DNA of 64,000 nucleotides from an uncultured delta proteobacterium. GTDB lineage: Bacteria; Desulfobacterota; Binatia; UBA9968. Of the stretch, positions 61,694 through 64,000 are shown piece after piece. The first letter of the stretch is position 1, and each line of letters opens with the position of its first letter. The position numbers and the translations under genes are program-made. Location: the NCBI GenBank assembly GCA_963816145.1, contig CAWFJP010000017.1, positions 128,001 through 192,000 on the forward strand, read 5' to 3'. The notes beneath the pieces were generated by a model. That model was given only the letters and a program-made list of their open reading frames with translations, did not search any database and was not told where the DNA came from.

Positions 61694-63538
61694 TTAGTGC
61701 AGCAAAGGGAGCAGCGCGCTTTCGATATAGAGAATAACCGTTATCACCACCATCATTTCCAGGATCACTGGCGTCATCTCCTTGATCCACTGTACCGGGG
61801 TGTAGCGGTCATCGATATCGCGCTGAATGAACGCAAAAGCGACCACCGATTGCGCCGACCCGATATGTGTCCAACAGCCGCCCAAAGCGTAGCCGGCGAT
61901 CTGCGCCATGGCGAACAGGTGCAAAATTGAAATATCCAAATTTTTCAGCGTGCGCGAGGCAAAGTCCGCGACGACGTTGTTATCCAGGATCGCCGAAAGA
62001 AAGGTGCAACCCAGGAATTTCACAAATGCGAGATGCGCATATCCGAGTGTTTCGATTCCCTGCTGGATTAAACTTTGCAGTTGATCGAAGAAACCCGCCT
62101 TGGTCAACAAGGAAATCGATACAAAGAGCGGGAAAAGAAAATAATATTCGGCGAATTCATGCTTCGCGTCGCGCAGCGCCAAGTTGCGCATTTTGGCCAA
62201 CTTGACAATTCCCAGCAGCGCCACACCGAACCCCGCAAAGGAAGCCAAAAACAGCGGCACGCTATGATCGATGCCATGCCAGATGAGCATGCCGATGAAC
62301 GGCACCAGAGCCAGAGCGCCAAACTTCTGCGCCACTTGGCGTTGGCGTCCGGTGGCGGCGATCGCGTCGTCGACAGCTCTTTCGGCTGCGAGCGCGCCAT
62401 GATGGTCGCCGGCGGCGTCAAGCACATAGTGGCGATCCAAGGTTTCGGCCAACTCGTCGCTGACAAAATGACCGAGCAGTTTCTTGCGCAGCGCGTCGGG
62501 AACGCCCGCGTGGAGCAGCGCGATGCCCAGAGACTCACCCTCGCGTAACCGCGCCCGCACGACATCCGCCTTGTCGCCCAACTCGTTCTCGTAATCTTCG
62601 ACAAGTTCGAGGGAAGTGGCCACTTTGCCGTGGCGCAAGGCCTGGAGGAAGCGCACATCTTCGGCGTTGGCGTCGATGACATCTAACTTTTCCAGTTCAA
62701 TCCGCTCGCCGCGCAACTTCTTGCGCAGATTCCAGGCGATCACCAGATAACAGGCGACCGCCGCCGGCGCGCAGTAGCGCAGAAAAAAAGCGTTGTCGAT
62801 ATGGGGGTAGAGATTGGCCTTCATGATCAGATTGGGCGGCTCGCCATAGGCCAGCCAAATCCCGCATACCGTCGTCACCGTCGTGCAGACCATTACCGAA
62901 TAACGCACCACCGCTATCGGCGCGGCGGCGAGCAGCATGATGATGACCAGCGTGCGGATGGTCAGACCGATCATCGACACCCCATCGAGAATGCCCGAGG
63001 CGAACGCCACCACCGCGGTCACCGCGATCACGGTCGGCAGCACCGCACCGCGAAACCGGTGCAGTAAGAAAAAGGTCAAGCCCTCAAGCAGTCGAGTCTG
63101 TGCAATCACTGAGACAAAAAAAGTCAGGCCGAGGATAAACAGCATAGTGTCGGCGTGGACAAGCTGGTCCAAACCGTGAAACGAAAGCAAGTTATCCGCG
63201 ACCCACACCCCCCAGCCATTCTTGTTAATCTCGCTATGCCAGTCTGAACTGGGCAATCCGCAAAACGTTGCAATGATGATCAGCAGCATGCCGTAGGTCA
63301 GGGCATTTTTGTGAATTTGAAATCTAAACGAGCCGAATAGAAACAAACCTAAAATTGTCGCGAAGACTTCCGCCGCGAGTAAACCTGCAGGCAAAGTGGT
63401 CTGCTGCCCCAGGATCAGGAAAACGAGAGCAATCGCCGCACAAGCCAATAAGAACTTTCTTCCGGACAGCATGATCACGGCCGGGTTCTCGTCGTGGTAA
63501 TTTACCGGGGAAGTTGGATTAACCGCATCAGTACTCAC
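61694..63538 (-). CDS. IT-superfamily permease (SLC13/ArsB/NhaB-NhaD-like)
   Basis: SGILDGV, GEPPNLIM, LSAILDNNV, GGCWTHIGSA; many TM segments. Confidence 0.8.
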   Translation of the reverse strand: MSTDAVNPTSPVNYHDENPAVIMLSGRKFLLACAAIALVFLILGQQTTLPAGLLAAEVFATILGLFLFGSFRFQIHKNALTYGMLLIIIATFCGLPSSDWHSEINKNGWGVWVADNLLSFHGLDQLVHADTMLFILGLTFFVSVIAQTRLLEGLTFFLLHRFRGAVLPTVIAVTAVVAFASGILDGVSMIGLTIRTLVIIMLLAAAPIAVVRYSVMVCTTVTTVCGIWLAYGEPPNLIMKANLYPHIDNAFFLRYCAPAAVACYLVIAWNLRKKLRGERIELEKLDVIDANAEDVRFLQALRHGKVATSLELVEDYENELGDKADVVRARLREGESLGIALLHAGVPDALRKKLLGHFVSDELAETLDRHYVLDAAGDHHGALAAERAVDDAIAATGRQRQVAQKFGALALVPFIGMLIWHGIDHSVPLFLASFAGFGVALLGIVKLAKMRNLALRDAKHEFAEYYFLFPLFVSISLLTKAGFFDQLQSLIQQGIETLGYAHLAFVKFLGCTFLSAILDNNVVADFASRTLKNLDISILHLFAMAQIAGYALGGCWTHIGSAQSVVAFAFIQRDIDDRYTPVQWIKEMTPVILEMMVVITVILYIESALLPLLH

Positions 63539-63764
63539 AACAAGCGCGCTCCTTCGGTTGTTAGCCGGGCAGCAATTTTCGACCGTGCGACACTCGTATA
63601 AATTGAGGTCTCGCTAGCCAATAGGGATAACATTTCGCACGACTATATAAGCGGCAAGCACGAATTCAATATGGATAATTGCGATTTTGAACGGCGCTGC
63701 ATCAGCGCGCTCTATATCGCGCGCTTGTCGAACGACCATGATTCAGGGATACATAGTGCAGAGC

Positions 63765-64000
63765 TCAGGCTTTTTCCGAAGCGATTGTCGCTTCAAGGCA
63801 GCGCAAAAACTCGATGACCTCGGCGACGTTGCGAATGTTGAATTGCGCCTGGGTGCCGGCAATACCAACGCGGATGGTTACGGCTGATGCGGGCAGCGCT
63901 TTGAACATATCCTCGTCGGTAATATCGTCGCCGATGGCCAGAATGAAATCATGCGCGCGCTCGCCCAGCCAAACGCTGCTGGCGCTGCCTTTATCCACGC
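63765..64000 (-). CDS. Trehalose-6-phosphate phosphatase (HAD) C-terminus, probably of a bifunctional TPS/TPP; partial
   Basis: DKG, FILAIGDDITDEDMF, TIRVG...A; runs off the window edge. Confidence 0.8.
   Translation of the reverse strand, partial: VDKGSASSVWLGERAHDFILAIGDDITDEDMFKALPASAVTIRVGIAGTQAQFNIRNVAEVIEFLRCLEATIASEKA

Overview
Chromosomal, housekeeping-plus-catabolic window from a moderately GC-rich bacterium. Gene content (parAB, a split F1/b/b' atp operon headed by a bactofilin, many NitT/TauT and Tct binding proteins, two UbiD decarboxylases, a cupin/EutA-like pair) suggests a deltaproteobacterial-type lineage such as Candidatus Binatota; this is inference. Core genes: parA-parB, ispH, sigma54-driven amtB-glnA-glnB, ileS-lspA, atpF'-F-H-A-G-D-C, cyclophilin. 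Accessory clusters: (i) VOC-cupin-TctBAC-PrpD-enolase; (ii) class II aldolase-UbiD; (iii) TctABC, hydroxyacid dehydrogenase, 2-oxoacid/acetoin dehydrogenase E1a/E1b, atypical M24 enzyme, E2 and an ABC transporter; (iv) orphan solute-binding proteins, some decaying. No phage, IS, CRISPR, rRNA or tRNA was recognised. Best leads: a bicupin plus EutA-like ATPase pair with no ethanolamine ammonia-lyase, directly behind atpC; an unassigned ~170-nt structured RNA candidate (43415-43586); a lipobox-bearing FAM173-like methyltransferase; and a possible ~51-kb inversion separating parAB from bactofilin-atp. All calls are from reading motifs by eye; no searches or folding programs were run.
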